Below are positions 18,193-32,775 of a DNA stretch of 64,000 nt, one piece after another (position 1 is the first letter of the stretch; each line of letters opens with the position of its first letter). Made by a program: the position numbers and the translations under genes. This DNA comes from Chrysomallon squamiferum. Taxonomy: Eukaryota; Animalia; Mollusca. The stretch is taken from assembly GCA_012295275.1 (NCBI GenBank), contig CM022665.1, positions 3,534,001-3,598,000 on the forward strand, in the 5' to 3' direction. The notes under the pieces are model-generated. The model worked only from the letters and a program-made list of their open reading frames with translations, was not told where the DNA came from and made no database searches.

Positions 18193-18370
18193 AATACATA
18201 CATACATGCATACATACATACATATATACATACATAAATACATAAATACATACATACATACATACATATATACATACATACATACAAAATAATAATACAT
18301 ACATAATATACATATATAATACATACGACATATACATACATACATATTCATTGAACAAACATACATACGT
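18101..18370. repeat. (ACAT)n microsatellite
   Basis: Directly visible. Confidence 0.9.
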
Positions 18371-18459
18371 ACAAAATAATAATAATAATATATAATAATA
18401 ATAATAATAATATAGGACATACGAATTCCTTGAAGAAAACAAACTTCTACCACTTAGGC

Positions 18460-18800
18460 AGAAACTGATATAAGAGGCAGCTACGGGTGTAAAGATCGGC
18501 GGCTCATAAACAAGATGGTCATGGATTTTGTAGAATCAGAAGAAACAAACTAAGTACAGCATGGATTGACTACCGGAAGACATTCAACAGTGTCCTCATA
18601 CTTTGATTCTAAATGCCAGAGAAATTTACAAAGTGTCCTTCACACTGATCAATGTCATTAAATAAGAGCATGACCATGTGGAAAACAACAACGACCTTGA
18701 AGCACCCCACGCCTAATAAAACACAAGGAGTGGAATATTCCAAGGTGATTCACTGTCACCACTGCTCTTTTGCTTGCAGCATTCATGTACTGGAAACTCT
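18460..18800 (+). mobile_element. Decayed non-LTR retrotransposon reverse transcriptase fragment (R4/Dong-like, restriction-like-endonuclease type)
   Basis: Across frameshifts it reads RGSYGCKDRRLINKMVM / RRNKLSTAWIDYRKTFNSV(P)H / SMTMWKTT / RSGIFQGDSLSPLLFCL, matching RT motifs WIDYxKAFDSVPH and GIFQGDSLSPLLF. Clade assignment is from memory of these motifs. Confidence 0.85.
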
Positions 18801-19928
18801 ACTAACACCACAATTTGCCAGCAGCACAGATCAGCCAGGAGAAGTGGAACACACGGGTTCACCCTGACAAAAAGATCAAAACAAACTTACAGGACGTCTT
18901 TGTCAAGAACAAGAAAAACAAAGGTGTGCCTGCTCATAGATATATGTCCAGCAAGGAAGCTGTTCTAAAACTCTTATGTATTTAAAATTCTTCTCAGTAA
19001 AAAAAAAAAAAAAAAATGTTGCCGCGATTTTTAATTCAAGAAGCAGCTAATTATTCTGTTGTAACATTCTTAACTCACAGCCTAACACTCTGCACGTTAC
19101 TGAGATCGAGCGAACGAACAAGAAAGGATCTGTTCAATGTTATCCACTTTTGTGAAAGGTGTAGCACGTTGCGTTGGCCGACCGAGAAGCTACTTGTAAT
19201 TCATAAACAGTTATTAATGTGATCTCTTATTAACATTCAATAACAGTTATGTTGACGAAGTTAGACGAGATCTCAAAATACATTTGTACGTAATAAAAAA
19301 AAAAAAAAAGAAGAAAAACGAGTTTATTATTAAAAGGAATATTTGTACACATATGATATCGTCTGATAGTATTAATAGTATTACTACACAACACACGTTA
19401 CAAAATGTTTAAACAAAATAATAATTCAGAGCCAGTACCACGCACGCACGCACGCACGCACACAGAGCGTAGGGATTCAGCCGGTTCGTGTCGGTTCGTT
19501 CGAACTCTTTCTTGGAATTTTATGAGTTAGGCGACCGGGCAATTAAGAATGTTAGCTTAGTGTTCATTGGCTTACCAAAGTGACTACTCACACTGATATG
19601 TTATATTACACAATCAATAACCATGTACAGTCCCCAGTAATGCTTTAACCACTGATTCAGTTATTTTCTAAATTGTAGAAACTATTTATAATTAATAATT
19701 TCAATTGGTAGAACGTGACAGCCTTAAAAATCAACTTTGAGTCAACATGGGGCCAACCTGACATTTTTTGTTTTTTAATCCTGCCATTGTGTGTGTGTGC
19801 GTGCGTGTGTGCGTGTGTGTGTCACTGTTAATTGTTAAAAGAAACTTTAGAGAGCAGTACTTTTTCAAACTCTAGTCCGCAGACCTTTGGTGTCCGAAAC
19901 GTTCGAAACTTCATTAAAGAAGTAAAAA

Positions 19929-19962
<34 letters not shown>

Positions 19963-22650
19963 ATTATTATTATTATTAATATTATTATTATTATTGTTAT
20001 TGTTATTATTATTTTCATTATTATTATCATTATTATTATTATTATTATTATTACTATTTTTTTTTTATTAAATACAACCATTTAAAAATAAAATAAAAAC
20101 AATGTTCTAACTTTTTAAAAGGAGTCGTGTTAAATGTCATCACTTTCGTCTTTACATTTCCAACTAGAACATAAATCTCACTGGTTTTCTCCAGTGAAGT
20201 GACAACAGCCTAATTTATCATTATTTTTTTCAAAAATTAATTTGACCTCTGATAGTTTAAATCTATAAAGATATTAATTTCAAAATTAACCAATGAAAAT
20301 CAACATCCTGGTCCCTGAATTTATGACTCCCTTGAACAGCACTTATTGGTTTTAAGTATGAAATAATATTAATAGCAAAATAACGAAAATTAACAATTCT
20401 CAGATCAAAGGGGTTTTTTTTAGTAAAAAAAAATTTATTAAAAGAAACCGACACTATGACATTAAAAAATTATTAGAAAAACAAATCAAAAACAACAACA
20501 AACAAACAAGCAAAAATCTTACAAACAAAAAAACGTATCGTATCACTTTAACAATATGCATTATCGGCTCAGAAAATGTTATTTATTAATAAATTGATAA
20601 TCAGTGTTTTGTATGACCTTCTTTTAACGGAGCAAGCAGTAAACAAACAAACAAACAAACAATAAATAAATAAATAAATAAATAAATAAAATGAAATAAC
20701 AGAAAAGAAAAGAAAGAAAGAAAAAATATTTGAAAAATATTGAGTAATGCCTCTAATAATAAGGTGTAGATCTAATCTCAAAGATTACCAATTTAATATT
20801 AATTTAAGAAACGAAGATTCAAAACTTGAGCTATAATGACGTGTATGAATATTTTAAGTAAGGATGTTGTTTACGAATATCAGTATAAAACTGTTACACT
20901 GATGGCTGACACAAACCTTGTTTCTTTTCTTTCTTGCTTTCTTGCTTTCTTTTTCTTTCTTTTCTCTTAATGTTTTTTTTTTTTCTTTCTCTGGTATTTT
21001 TTTTTTTTTTATTTTTTTTTTTTTTTTTTTTTTTTTAAATAATAATAAATTATTAAAATAGGTACTTTTAACGTTCAGCAACTGCAGGACCAGAATGTTG
21101 CAATTCATTGGTTAATCTAAATACTCACAACTTTTTTAAAGATTTTCAACATCGCATGACAACTTAATTCAAAATAGTGAAACATCTGGTTTTTGCCACT
21201 TCAGTAATACAGTGCAGTTAACCTGAGTAACAAAATAAAATAGCAAAACTCGAATAAAAACATGACCGCACAAACAGAGCATTTCTAATTATTAAGTCGA
21301 AATTCATCATTGTGAATCCTGGTTGTATTTCACAGTTATTTACTAGGAGTTCACATATAGGAGAATAAAATAAACAAATATAAAACAAAATATAGCAGTA
21401 TGCGCAGCTTCGGCGCTAACTTCAACACAAAGAACAACAATAGTAACAAAAACAACGACACAAAAACATTATTTAAAACAATATTAATAAACAAATTATT
21501 TTGAAAATAAATAAATTTTATAAGTATGTGAACATATAAATAAAAAGTCTTATACTACACGTTAACAACAACAAGAGCAATATAGAAGCAACTCACAGAA
21601 TGAAAACAATTGAAACCAACCACAGAACGAATATTTTAACGTAAGACTTTCAAATAAATTTTATCTTAAGTATATGTTTGTGATATGTACATTAAACATA
21701 GTTATTTAAAGTATACATCCATCCATCCATCCATGTATGCATACATGCCTACATACATACATACATACATACATACATACATACACACACACACATAAAA
21801 GCTAATTGTTAAAATGAAAAACTGAAAATATTTATGGCAACAGTCATGAATGCTAGAAAGATGAAAGCAATAACAATGAAGAGTCAGTATATATATATTT
21901 TTAATTTATCTGAAATTTTGTGTATTTGTATTAAAATTAATTTAAAAAAAAAAAAATGAAAAGAAAAAATAATTTAAAACATGAAATATTTCATTACTCT
22001 GTGTGAGTGATTTTTACACTTAGGCAATAGATCCACATTCGAGAGCCGTAAAAATACAAGAGGGGTCGTAAATTACTATATATTCATAAATTCTTATAAC
22101 TTCACTGCCAAAATAATTGTACTTCTATGACCAGCTTAATACTTAACCTAGATTTTCAAGATTATTTCAAAACGGATACTAAAACAAATTAAAAAAACAA
22201 AAAAACACAAAAAAACACAAAAACAACCTAACATAATTAAGAACTATTGCTTCATTCAGTTCAGCTAAACATCAGTACGCTGTATGTTCCAAACTGAACA
22301 CAATACAGCTTTCAGTACATGAAAAAACCCCACAAAAAACAAACACACCATGAGGTATTTTTCTTTAAAATTATATTCCAAATAAGGATGGAAAATTAAC
22401 TGAAGAGTGTGTAAGGTCAAGGTTAAATTAAATTGTTTTAGCCAATCACAGAGAAGATCCTGATATGCAAATAAGATCAGTTGCACAATCAGACTTAGAA
22501 ATGAAGTGTTTCAAAATATAAACTGAACCAAACTTTTATTATATTCTCCACCCCCCGTTACCAGGATCTTTTGAATTTTCGTCAATCAGGACTTGGTTAT
22601 TTCGAAATACGGGTAGATTAAAAAATTTGCACTACATCCTGAAATTCGAC

Positions 22651-22658
22651 TATAAATA
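22651..22658 (+). promoter_or_regulatory. TATA box of paralog C
   Basis: TATAAATA about 90 nt upstream of the ATG; CCAAT at 22442 and octamer ATGCAAAT at 22465 further upstream. Confidence 0.65.
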
Positions 22659-22743
22659 TGAGTCAGTGGAAGAACAAATCATCATTCTACAGACGTTTTC
22701 TCAAAGACCAAGAAACAAGAGAAAAACTGAAGAACCGACCATC

Positions 22744-22958
22744 ATGAAGGTAAATTTTTGTTTCATTTTCTTAAATTCTTCTTTTTTATTATTTTATTTT
22801 ATTTTATTTTATTTTTTTTTTCATATATATATGTATTTTAAATTTCAGATTTTTTATACATTTTTTTGTTTGGTATATGAATTTCTTTTAACTTCAGATA
22901 GTTTGTTTACACGTAATAAACACAATTGACCTGTTAGAAACAGATAAAGAAGAGTACG

Positions 22959-22989
<31 letters not shown>

Positions 22990-23268
22990 CAAAGACCATT
23001 TTAAATAGATGCTCGCTTTGCATTTCATTAAATATTTAAATATATGGCAAATGGTAAGAATGAATTAAATTTAAATAAAAATTAATTTAAATTTCAAAAC
23101 TGTAAAATCAACCAAATGTTTTTGCTGCTTGTTTTTAAATATTTTATTTTATTGTTTTCTTTGAGAATGCATGCTTTTATAGGCATAAATGACCTTCAAA
23201 AGTTTTCGATCTCCTATTTCTACCATTGATATATTTTCTCAACGGTGTTAAATTTAAATTTAAATTTA

Positions 23269-23299
<31 letters not shown>

Positions 23300-23327
23300 C
23301 TCCTCCCCAAAAAAAAAAAAAAACCGG

Positions 23328-23390
<63 letters not shown>

Positions 23391-23662
23391 ATAATAAAAT
23401 AAAATAAAATAAAAATAAAAATAAAAATAGCAATACATCAAAAAAATACCAACAAAAAAAATGCAATCGAACAGCCTGACATCATAAATACAAATGTATT
23501 TTATTTTATCAGAAAAACATGTAATAATAATAATAATAATTATTATTATTATTATTATTATTATTATAACAACAACAACTGATAATAATAATCATAATCA
23601 TAAGATGGAAAAAACGAAGTCTAAACTATCCGAAAAGTTATTAAATAAATGATTTGAACTAC

Positions 23663-23698
<36 letters not shown>

Positions 23699-25386
23699 TT
23701 ATTTATTTTTTTTTATTTTGCAGGCTGCACTTTTCATTGTTACAGTTTTCCTGATACAGTTTATAAATGCACGACCAGTAAGTAACGTTTGCAGCTTTCT
23801 GCTTAAATTATTAATGTGTGTTTATTATAATTTTTACAATTATTTTAATTACATATGCAATTAAAATTAAGCTGTTTGTGTGTCCTATGAAATTAGTTTT
23901 TAGCTGTTTATTGTTGTTTTCTTGTTTTTGGTTTTATTTTATAGTTGTTGTTTTGTTTTTTTGGGGGGGTTATCGTGTTTTTTGTTTGTTACATTCTTTC
24001 TGTTTTTATCCTAACGTTAATACGTATTTATGTAAACAGAAAGTGATGGAATCGTTTGAAACTCCCGACGGACACATGTACAAAGTAGAGCTGGACAGAA
24101 ACGGAAAAGAGATCATTTCAAGAGATGACGAAGACGGCGAAATTACTATTGCACTGCACGAACAGGTAAATGATATTTCAAAAGTTTAATTATTATTATT
24201 ATTATTATATGTATATATGTATGTATGCATTTATCAGTTTAATAATAGCAGACGACAGATAAAAAAAAAATAATAATAATAATAAATTAAAAAATAAAAA
24301 CAAACAAACAAACAAAAATTATAAAACAAAAACCTGCTATTTTATATTTGCAGCGCAAGTGGGTGATGATTTTGCCAAGTGACAATGCCACATGTTACGT
24401 CATCGATATGACAGAGAAAGAAATCCAGGCAAAAGCTACGGTAAGTCAGTTTATAAATAAATTAATAAAGAAAAAAAAAAAAAAACATTTTATTTAATGA
24501 CGCACTCAACAAATTTAATCTACTTCTGTAAATCGCCGAACAAATAGAGATAAGAAGACAATTGCCGAGGCCAAACAGTGGTTATTTTGTTTTTTATCTA
24601 CAAGGGACTTTTCAGAAGCACCTTCCATCAGACGTCAAAACTCAAATCACTGTTTCTAATAAATTCTTTCTGGGAAAGTGGCTCTAAATAAAGTAGCCAA
24701 GAAAATATGACCCAGTGACTAATACTGTGTCACCATGTTACATTTCTACGTCTTCTAAAGTAACAGTAAAAAATATCATTAACTTTCAGTATCGGTCTAA
24801 TTATTATTTATTATTATTATTATTATTATGTTGACATTCAGGATCTGGACTTTGAGACAGAAGACTATGAAATGAAGACTGTACAGGAAGAGGTTGAAAC
24901 CGAAGTAAAAGCGACTTGTGAAAAATATGGCGGGAAAGGCAGAGACATAGTGCAACTGGGTCCGAAAGAACAAACCGACAATGTACCAGCCACATTCCAG
25001 GGTAAATTGTAAAATGATTATTTGACAATTATATTGTCATTGTACATTCAAACATTCAGTTAGAACAGTCACATACTCATATAAATAAATAAATAGATAA
25101 ATAAATATATACTCACAAAATAAAAATTAAAAAATTAAAAATAAAAATAAAACATAATAATCACACTCGTGCGCACGCATAAATATAAACACAAATGAAA
25201 ACAAAAATTAAAAATTACTGAAGAATTTTTGTGCAGATATATTTGTTTGATCTTACAGGTGGTAAAGCTGGACGAATTGTTAAACGTTCGTGGTGTATAG
25301 TAAGACGGTGTCGAATCTACAGGATCATAATTCGGGGACGAATCTACGTATACATCCGCTGCTGGTACTACATTCGAAGGTGTTGA
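22744..25386 (+). CDS. Secreted BRICHOS-like precursor, paralog C (186 aa), of a cationic beta-hairpin antimicrobial-like peptide SWCIVRRCRIYRIIIRGRIYVYIRCWYYIRRC
   Basis: Coding exons 22744-22749 (MK), 23724-23777 (AALFIVTVFLIQFINARP), 24040-24165 (KVMESFETPDGHMYKVELDRNGKEIISRDDEDGEITIALHEQ), 24354-24440 (RKWVMILPSDNATCYVIDMTEKEIQAKAT), 24842-25001 (DLDFETEDYEMKTVQEEVETEVKATCEKYGGKGRDIVQLGPKEQTDNVPATFQ), 25259-25386 (GGKAGRIVKR + 32 aa peptide*). All GT-AG, phases 0,0,0,0,1; AATAAA near 25528. Confidence 0.9.
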
Positions 25387-26158
25387 ATTTACCTTACCTC
25401 GTGTGACAAGTCTCTTCCATGATACAGACTTCGATTATATTCCAGGATTTAACGTAACCATTTGAATTAATCCATTTCTGATCCTCTCTCGTTAAACATT
25501 GATAACTTTGATTGTAAGAGTAAATTAAATAAAGTTAATGAAACCGTTTTTGTTTGTTTTATGCGTATTAGTTTTTAGATACTAATTTATATACGTTGTT
25601 TTGATTTTAGGTAAGACTCATTCGTTCTCATTTTGTTTCATTCTCTGCTTTCTGTTTATTTGTCCTGACGTATTTAACCCACCTGTTTTTTTGGCAGAGT
25701 ATTAAGTAATTTAAATTTATCATTTCACTTTTTATTATCTTTTCATAATAATAGGGCAAGAAAAAAAAAAGTTTCTTTAAGCGAAATATATAAATCAAAG
25801 GTTGACGAAAAAATGTTTTGTTGATATTTTTCAAATGTTAACGATTTCGAAAATTATTTTAAAACTTAAAAGAGATGAATAATTGCTTAGATGACCTTTA
25901 TTTTATTTTTTCTGACATTCTAAGAATGCTATATGGAAATATTTAATTATTATTATTATAAAGTAAATTAAATTAAAAGTTAAATGGAATTAAAAATAAA
26001 ATGAAATATATACCAAAAAGACACGATTTAAAATTAGTACTCCTTAAACATTACTTTTTAATACAGTTGAGTTTTCTTTAAGTAGAAATCAAATGTCATA
26101 TAATTGTTAGACATTATAATTTAACCGTTAAATAAATAAACTAATTAATTAAATGAAA

Positions 26159-26211
<53 letters not shown>

Positions 26212-27442
26212 CAACAACAGCAACAACAACAATAATAAGCTAGTAAAAAGAAAAGTGAAACCAAAAAAAAAAAAAATTAAATAAAAAGAAGAAAGAAACA
26301 AAGTATTTTTTTTCATTCGAAAATATTTTCAGTACAGATGTATATTTAAACTTTTGAACATAATACAAATAAAATGTATTTTAGTCAGTTGCAGAAAACA
26401 GCTTTTTTTATATTACACGATTAGGTGTTGCCATAGCAATGTTTTGATTTTAAAGAAACGTCAAAAACATTAATTTACAATTTATGTTTTATATATATAT
26501 ATATATCTATATAATCATAATATATAAATATAGAAACTGATTTTAAATGTTTATTTATATATAGTACATCAACTTTACTTAATTTTAAATCTACTCCAGG
26601 ACGTGAAGGAAACTGCTTGTCATACACAAGATAAGTGATTGACTAATCAGAATTTAGTGATGGATCACATTTTACATTTGATAAATTAAAAGGATATCTA
26701 TATTTGATACATTAAATAGTTTGCAGTTGGTGTATTTAAAAAAATAATAAAAAAAAAAATAATGAAAGAAACATTGCTGTTTTTTTTTTTTTCTTGGATG
26801 TTTTTTTTTTTTTTTTTTTTTTTTTATATATATATATATATATATTCAGGACTTATAAACTGTACATTATTAAATACTGTGCTAATATTAATATTGTTTG
26901 GATATATACAGATTGAGTCAAAAGTAGTGTTTTGGGTTTTTTTGGGGCTGTCACGTTCTTTCTGGAAATTCACGTTGATAATAATTATTTTGCAGATTAT
27001 TAACTGAATAAATGGTTAGATAAATATATAATTCATTTTTATCTACCTTAGCCGTAACCAGACTCTTTTTGAAATGAGGCAAAAAGATTTAATAGCCGCG
27101 CGGAGCGGGGCAAAAAAAATTGGGCGAGAGGTTTAGGGGCTAAATGACAATATACATTGTATCAAGACAAGTACCAGGCTAAAAGTGTGAAAAGGATGCT
27201 GTGTGCCTTAAATCATCAGTTGTTCGACAAACCTATTTGATGTCTGACGACATTGAAGTCAGTTATATCTTTCATCACAACCATCGGTAGACTTCAAACG
27301 ATAACCATAAACATAAACGAATTTATTCAGTGGATATCGTTTCTATCGGAATAGAGTTTTATATTTTTTAAATAAAATCTTTGTATTAAAAAAAAAAAAA
27401 AAAAAAAAAAAAGATCCGCTTATAAAATAAATAAATAAATAA

Positions 27443-27485
<43 letters not shown>

Positions 27486-28781
27486 TAAATATTTAAATAA
27501 ATAAATAAATAAACAAAAAAAAGTTAATTTACAGAAATCGGGCACTTCTTCTGACTCATCCTGTATTTTTTAATTATTATTAGTGTTGTTGTTGTTCTTG
27601 CCCGTAAATGAATTTATATATTTGTTGCTACGAAAGAAACTACTAATAACTTCATTTATTACTACAGCTAAATAAAGTACGAGAATAAAATAAAATCAAC
27701 AGAAATGTATAAAAACAGAATTTACTCCTTTCTTCGTTATTGTAGCTAAGACGTGTTTTTTTTTTTTTTTTTTTATAAGTCTGAGATCAGAAAAGTTTAA
27801 TACCTTTTCATGTTAATTTTTATTTACCCAAGGGTGCATCAAGGACATTTTATTAGTGAGGCAAATGATAGATGAAATAATTTTACATAAACAATGTATT
27901 TGAAAACTTATCTATTTATAAAAAAAATATATTTTCAGCTTCTTTTTGTTATAATTTGTTGACGACAGGTAATTTTTGGCTCTGATGCTTCACAGCGAGA
28001 TGGGACTGTAATTACATGTATTTGTATGAGCCATAATGATTTGTTTTTCTTAATTTATGTCTGAAGTGGTATTATTTGTATTGACTAAGCGACATATGAG
28101 TTTATTGTTTATATAAATTTCTTGAAAGATTTAAACTTGAACTTGTCTTAAGCAAGCAATAGTTTTGGAGGTAATAATTCTCATGAAGTTGCTGAGGTGT
28201 GGTGAATCGAATATATTCACGACGAGCAAAACGATGGCGGTGTATAATCGATAGACTGATACAAGTTACAACTAACACAAAGTGTTTTATTGCGGTAAGT
28301 AATACGTGCTCAGTCCACAAACAGAGATAGGTAATAACTAAGAGTGAAAGGTGTTAATTTATGCTCTTTTGGTTGTTATTAATTATAAATCTAATTTAAA
28401 CAGAAACGTACCAAAGATATGTCAGTTTTAATTCATTAGTTCATTAATTTTTATTTTTATTGACCTATCGGAACCAAAATAATTCCTCCCCCCAAACGAT
28501 ATCGATAATCACAATGTAAAATATTACAAATCACAAACTTTATCAAGCGTTACTGATGTCTTGTCGCTAATGCAAGGCTACAGGTCATTAACTAGACTTA
28601 ATTAATTTGGATGTTTGTTCAGTGTCTCGAATATTAGTAAATAAAGAGATAATAATTGTATCATATTTATACCGTATATACGTGTGTCAGAAAACTAATA
28701 AAGTTCATAATTTACAATTGTCTGGTCATAAAATTCACTAACAGTAACAAAACTGAAGTGATGAAGAAACCTGATGTTAGA

Positions 28782-28784
<3 letters not shown>

Positions 28785-28880
<96 letters not shown>
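28785..28880. repeat. (CT)n(CA)n microsatellite
   Basis: Directly visible. Confidence 0.95.
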
Positions 28881-29365
28881 TTTTAATATTTAATTTTGAT
28901 TTAACGAGTTTGTACAGAATTCTTTTAATATAGTTATAGTCCATCAATTTCACATTTCATCTTAATAAATTTAAAATGTTAATTTAATCTCCAAATAATG
29001 ACTTTATATATGTACATATACCACTACTGACACCTTTTTAAATTTAAACATGTTCTTAGTCTTATTAATTTGCACTAGAAATTAATCTGCATTCGTGCTT
29101 TTAATATTTGTGGCTTTGACCTAAGTTAGGCAATACACTGATAATGTTTGTTATACCATCTGTTCATTTATACTTGTTAAGCAGACATTCATTTCAATGT
29201 GTTTTAAATTTCAGATACTTCACCATTAATGCATCCTTCATTTGATGAATAATAATGATTATCGTAACTGGATCTTGTAATTAATTTTCATGGCTCTCAC
29301 AGCTGCAGCTGTATCAGTAACTACTTTTAGCAGTTCAAGCCTCTGTTTAGCATAGAGCTCACCAG

Positions 29366-32345
29366 ATGACAATGGCTAGCAATTCCGGCAGTACTGAAAA
29401 TAAAAAATCCTCACAGCAGAAAACTACTTCGATGATGTACAAATTCAGTCCATCGCAGATGCATCGACCACAGCTACTTCCTCCAATTGTCTGTTCACGA
29501 CGACTTTACATACAGATTTCATTCATTCTTACCCTTCTGCTTGTCTTCTTTCTTCTGAGGACATTATCCAACATGCGTGTAGTGTTTGTTCATTTTCACA
29601 TGGAGAGTGACACTGATGGTGAACTCGTTATTCTGCCAGAAAAATTTGCTCAAAACCACGGAGCACTTTGTTTGGATGGGTCGCCCCCAGGATTCTATAT
29701 GAGACATGGTAAGTTTAGCTGAGAATCAAAATATTTTGTGATTCTTTTTAATTTAATTACCTTTTTATTTATTTATTTTTTAATCTATTTATTTTTAGGA
29801 CATCTACAGATACACGATGGATTTTTCAGACTCGGATAAAATCAGGACTGGCGTTTGAACTTCATTTAAATTAAATGTATTGGTTTTTTTAGTTTGATAA
29901 TCAGATTGTATTGATTCTGCCCATACTACTAATATTTGTCAATCATTCTGTGTTAATGTATTTCATTTAATTTATATTTAATATTTGTTTAGGTTTCAAG
30001 CAGTGTATGATTCTTAGGGACATCAGACATGGATGTTTAGTCACTAGTCTGTTGGATTATTGTTAGGTAACCTCTACTGGTCCAGAAAAAACTGATATGG
30101 TTCTGGAAAATCAGTTGTATATCTATATTAAATGTTTGTTTTTTAAATAATTGCAAGAACTAAAAACAAATATAGTTCACCACTGACCAAGAAAAAGTAG
30201 AAGAGAAGAAGAATGAAATAAATTTTAATAAGAAATAGGTACTTTAGCACTAATTATTGAGATTACTGTTTGTCAGTGAATTAACGTAAATCATATTGTT
30301 CTGATGATATGGTGCTGTCTTTCTAAATTTTACACTGACCAAGTATTTTAAATTGCTATTATATAATATACTAGGTAAGGAAATACATGCACTTTCTTTA
30401 TTTTTTTAGTTAAGCTGATACTTAAAAAAAACAAAAAAAAACAAAAGAAGTAATAAATAATTATATTCTATAATATGGTTACCTTGGCCTTGTATCAGAA
30501 ATAATTACTTTAGCACTAATTATTGAGATTACTGTTTGTCAGTGAATTAACATGAATCATATTGTTCATATTGTGAAGTATATTTGTTTGTCACTTTGTA
30601 TTTAATAAAAGAAACCTAACACATCTTATAGGACTTGCTGTTATTTCGTCCTTATTGCACTTCAGTTCAATTTCCTTGTAAAGTTGTACGTATGAATTTA
30701 CAAAGTTGTCAAAGCATAATTATTATCAACAGTCAGTTTACTCATTTGTTTTAAAATACAGATTTTCTGGATGGGATCAAGGACTTTTATTACTATTTCC
30801 AATTTTAATGTAAATTTTAACTTTAGAATGTAACTGTTTTTATTTTATTTGGTTCAGGTTCTGTATCTGCTAAAACCAGCTGGATAATTCACCTGCAGTC
30901 AGGAGGCTGGTGTATGACTGTTGAGGACTGTTACAGAAGGTAAACATGCATTTTATATTATATAAATTTTAAAGTTGAAGAGAAGAAACATATATACCCA
31001 TTGTCTAGTTACCTTTTTCAAACAACGAAGTATATTGTATATATTTCTGTGTGGTATGGTTTGATGTATTTTGTGTGCATGTGTCTATGTTTTTTTTTTT
31101 TTTTTTTTAAATTACTGCTGAGGATAATTTTGAAAGTTTTAAAAGATATAAATTTTGGCTCTATTGTCTGCATTTTTGTGTTTTCATTTTCTTTTAATCC
31201 GATTGGGATGATTTCTTTATCATTCATATTTGTTCAGACTAACATCTTCATCTTTGAGAAGAGTAGAAAGTATCTCAGGGTTAAAAACACAGAAATAAAG
31301 CATGACTGGATCACTACTCCCTAAGAGGGCTGAGTTATCCAAATGATTCATTAAAGGCTATTATACGGCTTTGCTTTTTAAAGGGAAGCTCAAAATAAAA
31401 TTATCTTGTTGCAAATAACTTAACAAGTAAGAATTGTCCATGGATTGTAAATACCTAGTTTCTTCTCTTGTTTCATTATTATACTTCATTATGGCCAAAC
31501 AAAAGTGAATAAAATAGTAACCTAAGTAGCACTACGTCCCTTATGTTGTATGCTAATATTTGTTTTGTTAGGATCAAGTGGAGCATTATAAACCAATCAA
31601 AATATGATTGACACAATCCCCATAATTTATGCATTAAGAATATTTGAAATTGATACCAGTGTATCATTTTATAAACCTGATGTGCCTGATGTAACATTAC
31701 AAATTTAACTGAACAAAGCTAGATTATGGTGCTCTTAATAAATGTGTATCTTACAGTCTGGTTAATTAAATTATAGAAGCTACACTTGCCTTGGATCTAG
31801 TCTGGCCTGTGAAACATCAGCCCCTTTTGAAGGTGTTCTGTCCAGCAACAGTGGAACAAATCCAGACTTTTACACCTGGAATGTTGCCCAGTTTGTATAC
31901 TGTGATGGAGGATCTTTTGCTGGTAATACACAAATTACTGTTGTCTTAGTACTTTTATTTATATATTTCTGTTTATCTATTTATCTATTTATTTATTTAT
32001 TAAAAATTAATGAGAAACATATTCAAGGAATATATTTTCTCTTTCCAAATTATGTGGTAAATTATTTTATTTTGAATTCCAGATATTCTTTTCATATTGT
32101 GTGTATGTGTGTCTATATACAGGGTGTCCCAGAAGTCACGCACCATGAAGATTTTTATTTAGATACAAATGAATAAAATTTTTATTAATAATAATCATAA
32201 CAAATGCTCAAATTGCTTGCCCTCTGCATTGATACATACTTCAATTCTCTTTATAAAACTGTTTTTTACTCTGTTGAGGGTTTCGCTACTAATTTATGTG
32301 TATCTAAATAAAAATCTTCATGGTGCGTGACTTCTGGGACACCCT

Positions 32346-32383
<38 letters not shown>

Positions 32384-32717
32384 CATTTTTACAGTTGAAA
32401 TTTCAAGAGTTTTTTATGATTAATATAGATATTACTTTAATATATTTTTTTTAAGGATATAAATAAAAAGCAGTTTTTTTCAGAAAAAATCCTTAGTTTA
32501 ATAAGAAGATAATCAAATAGTCATAGATTAAGTCATCTCTCAGTTACATACCTTTTTACCAAATCATATCATTTTACTGCAATATTTTTTATACACACAA
32601 CTCAGATATTTATGTGATAAATTGTTATTATTGGTTTTCTTAATTATTTCCCAAATTATTTTATTTTGTGTTTTGTTTTATTGTATTTTAATATATTATT
32701 AATTTTAAAAAAATGTA

Positions 32718-32775
<58 letters not shown>

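Noticed and set aside
16312-18453. ORFs of 119-190 aa
   Set aside because: Pure microsatellite translations.
19463-19510. hAT-like terminus (gggattcagccggttcg); similar GC-rich scraps at 27050-27140 and 55340-55385
   Set aside because: Probably TE fragments, but no paired TIR or TSD supports a call.
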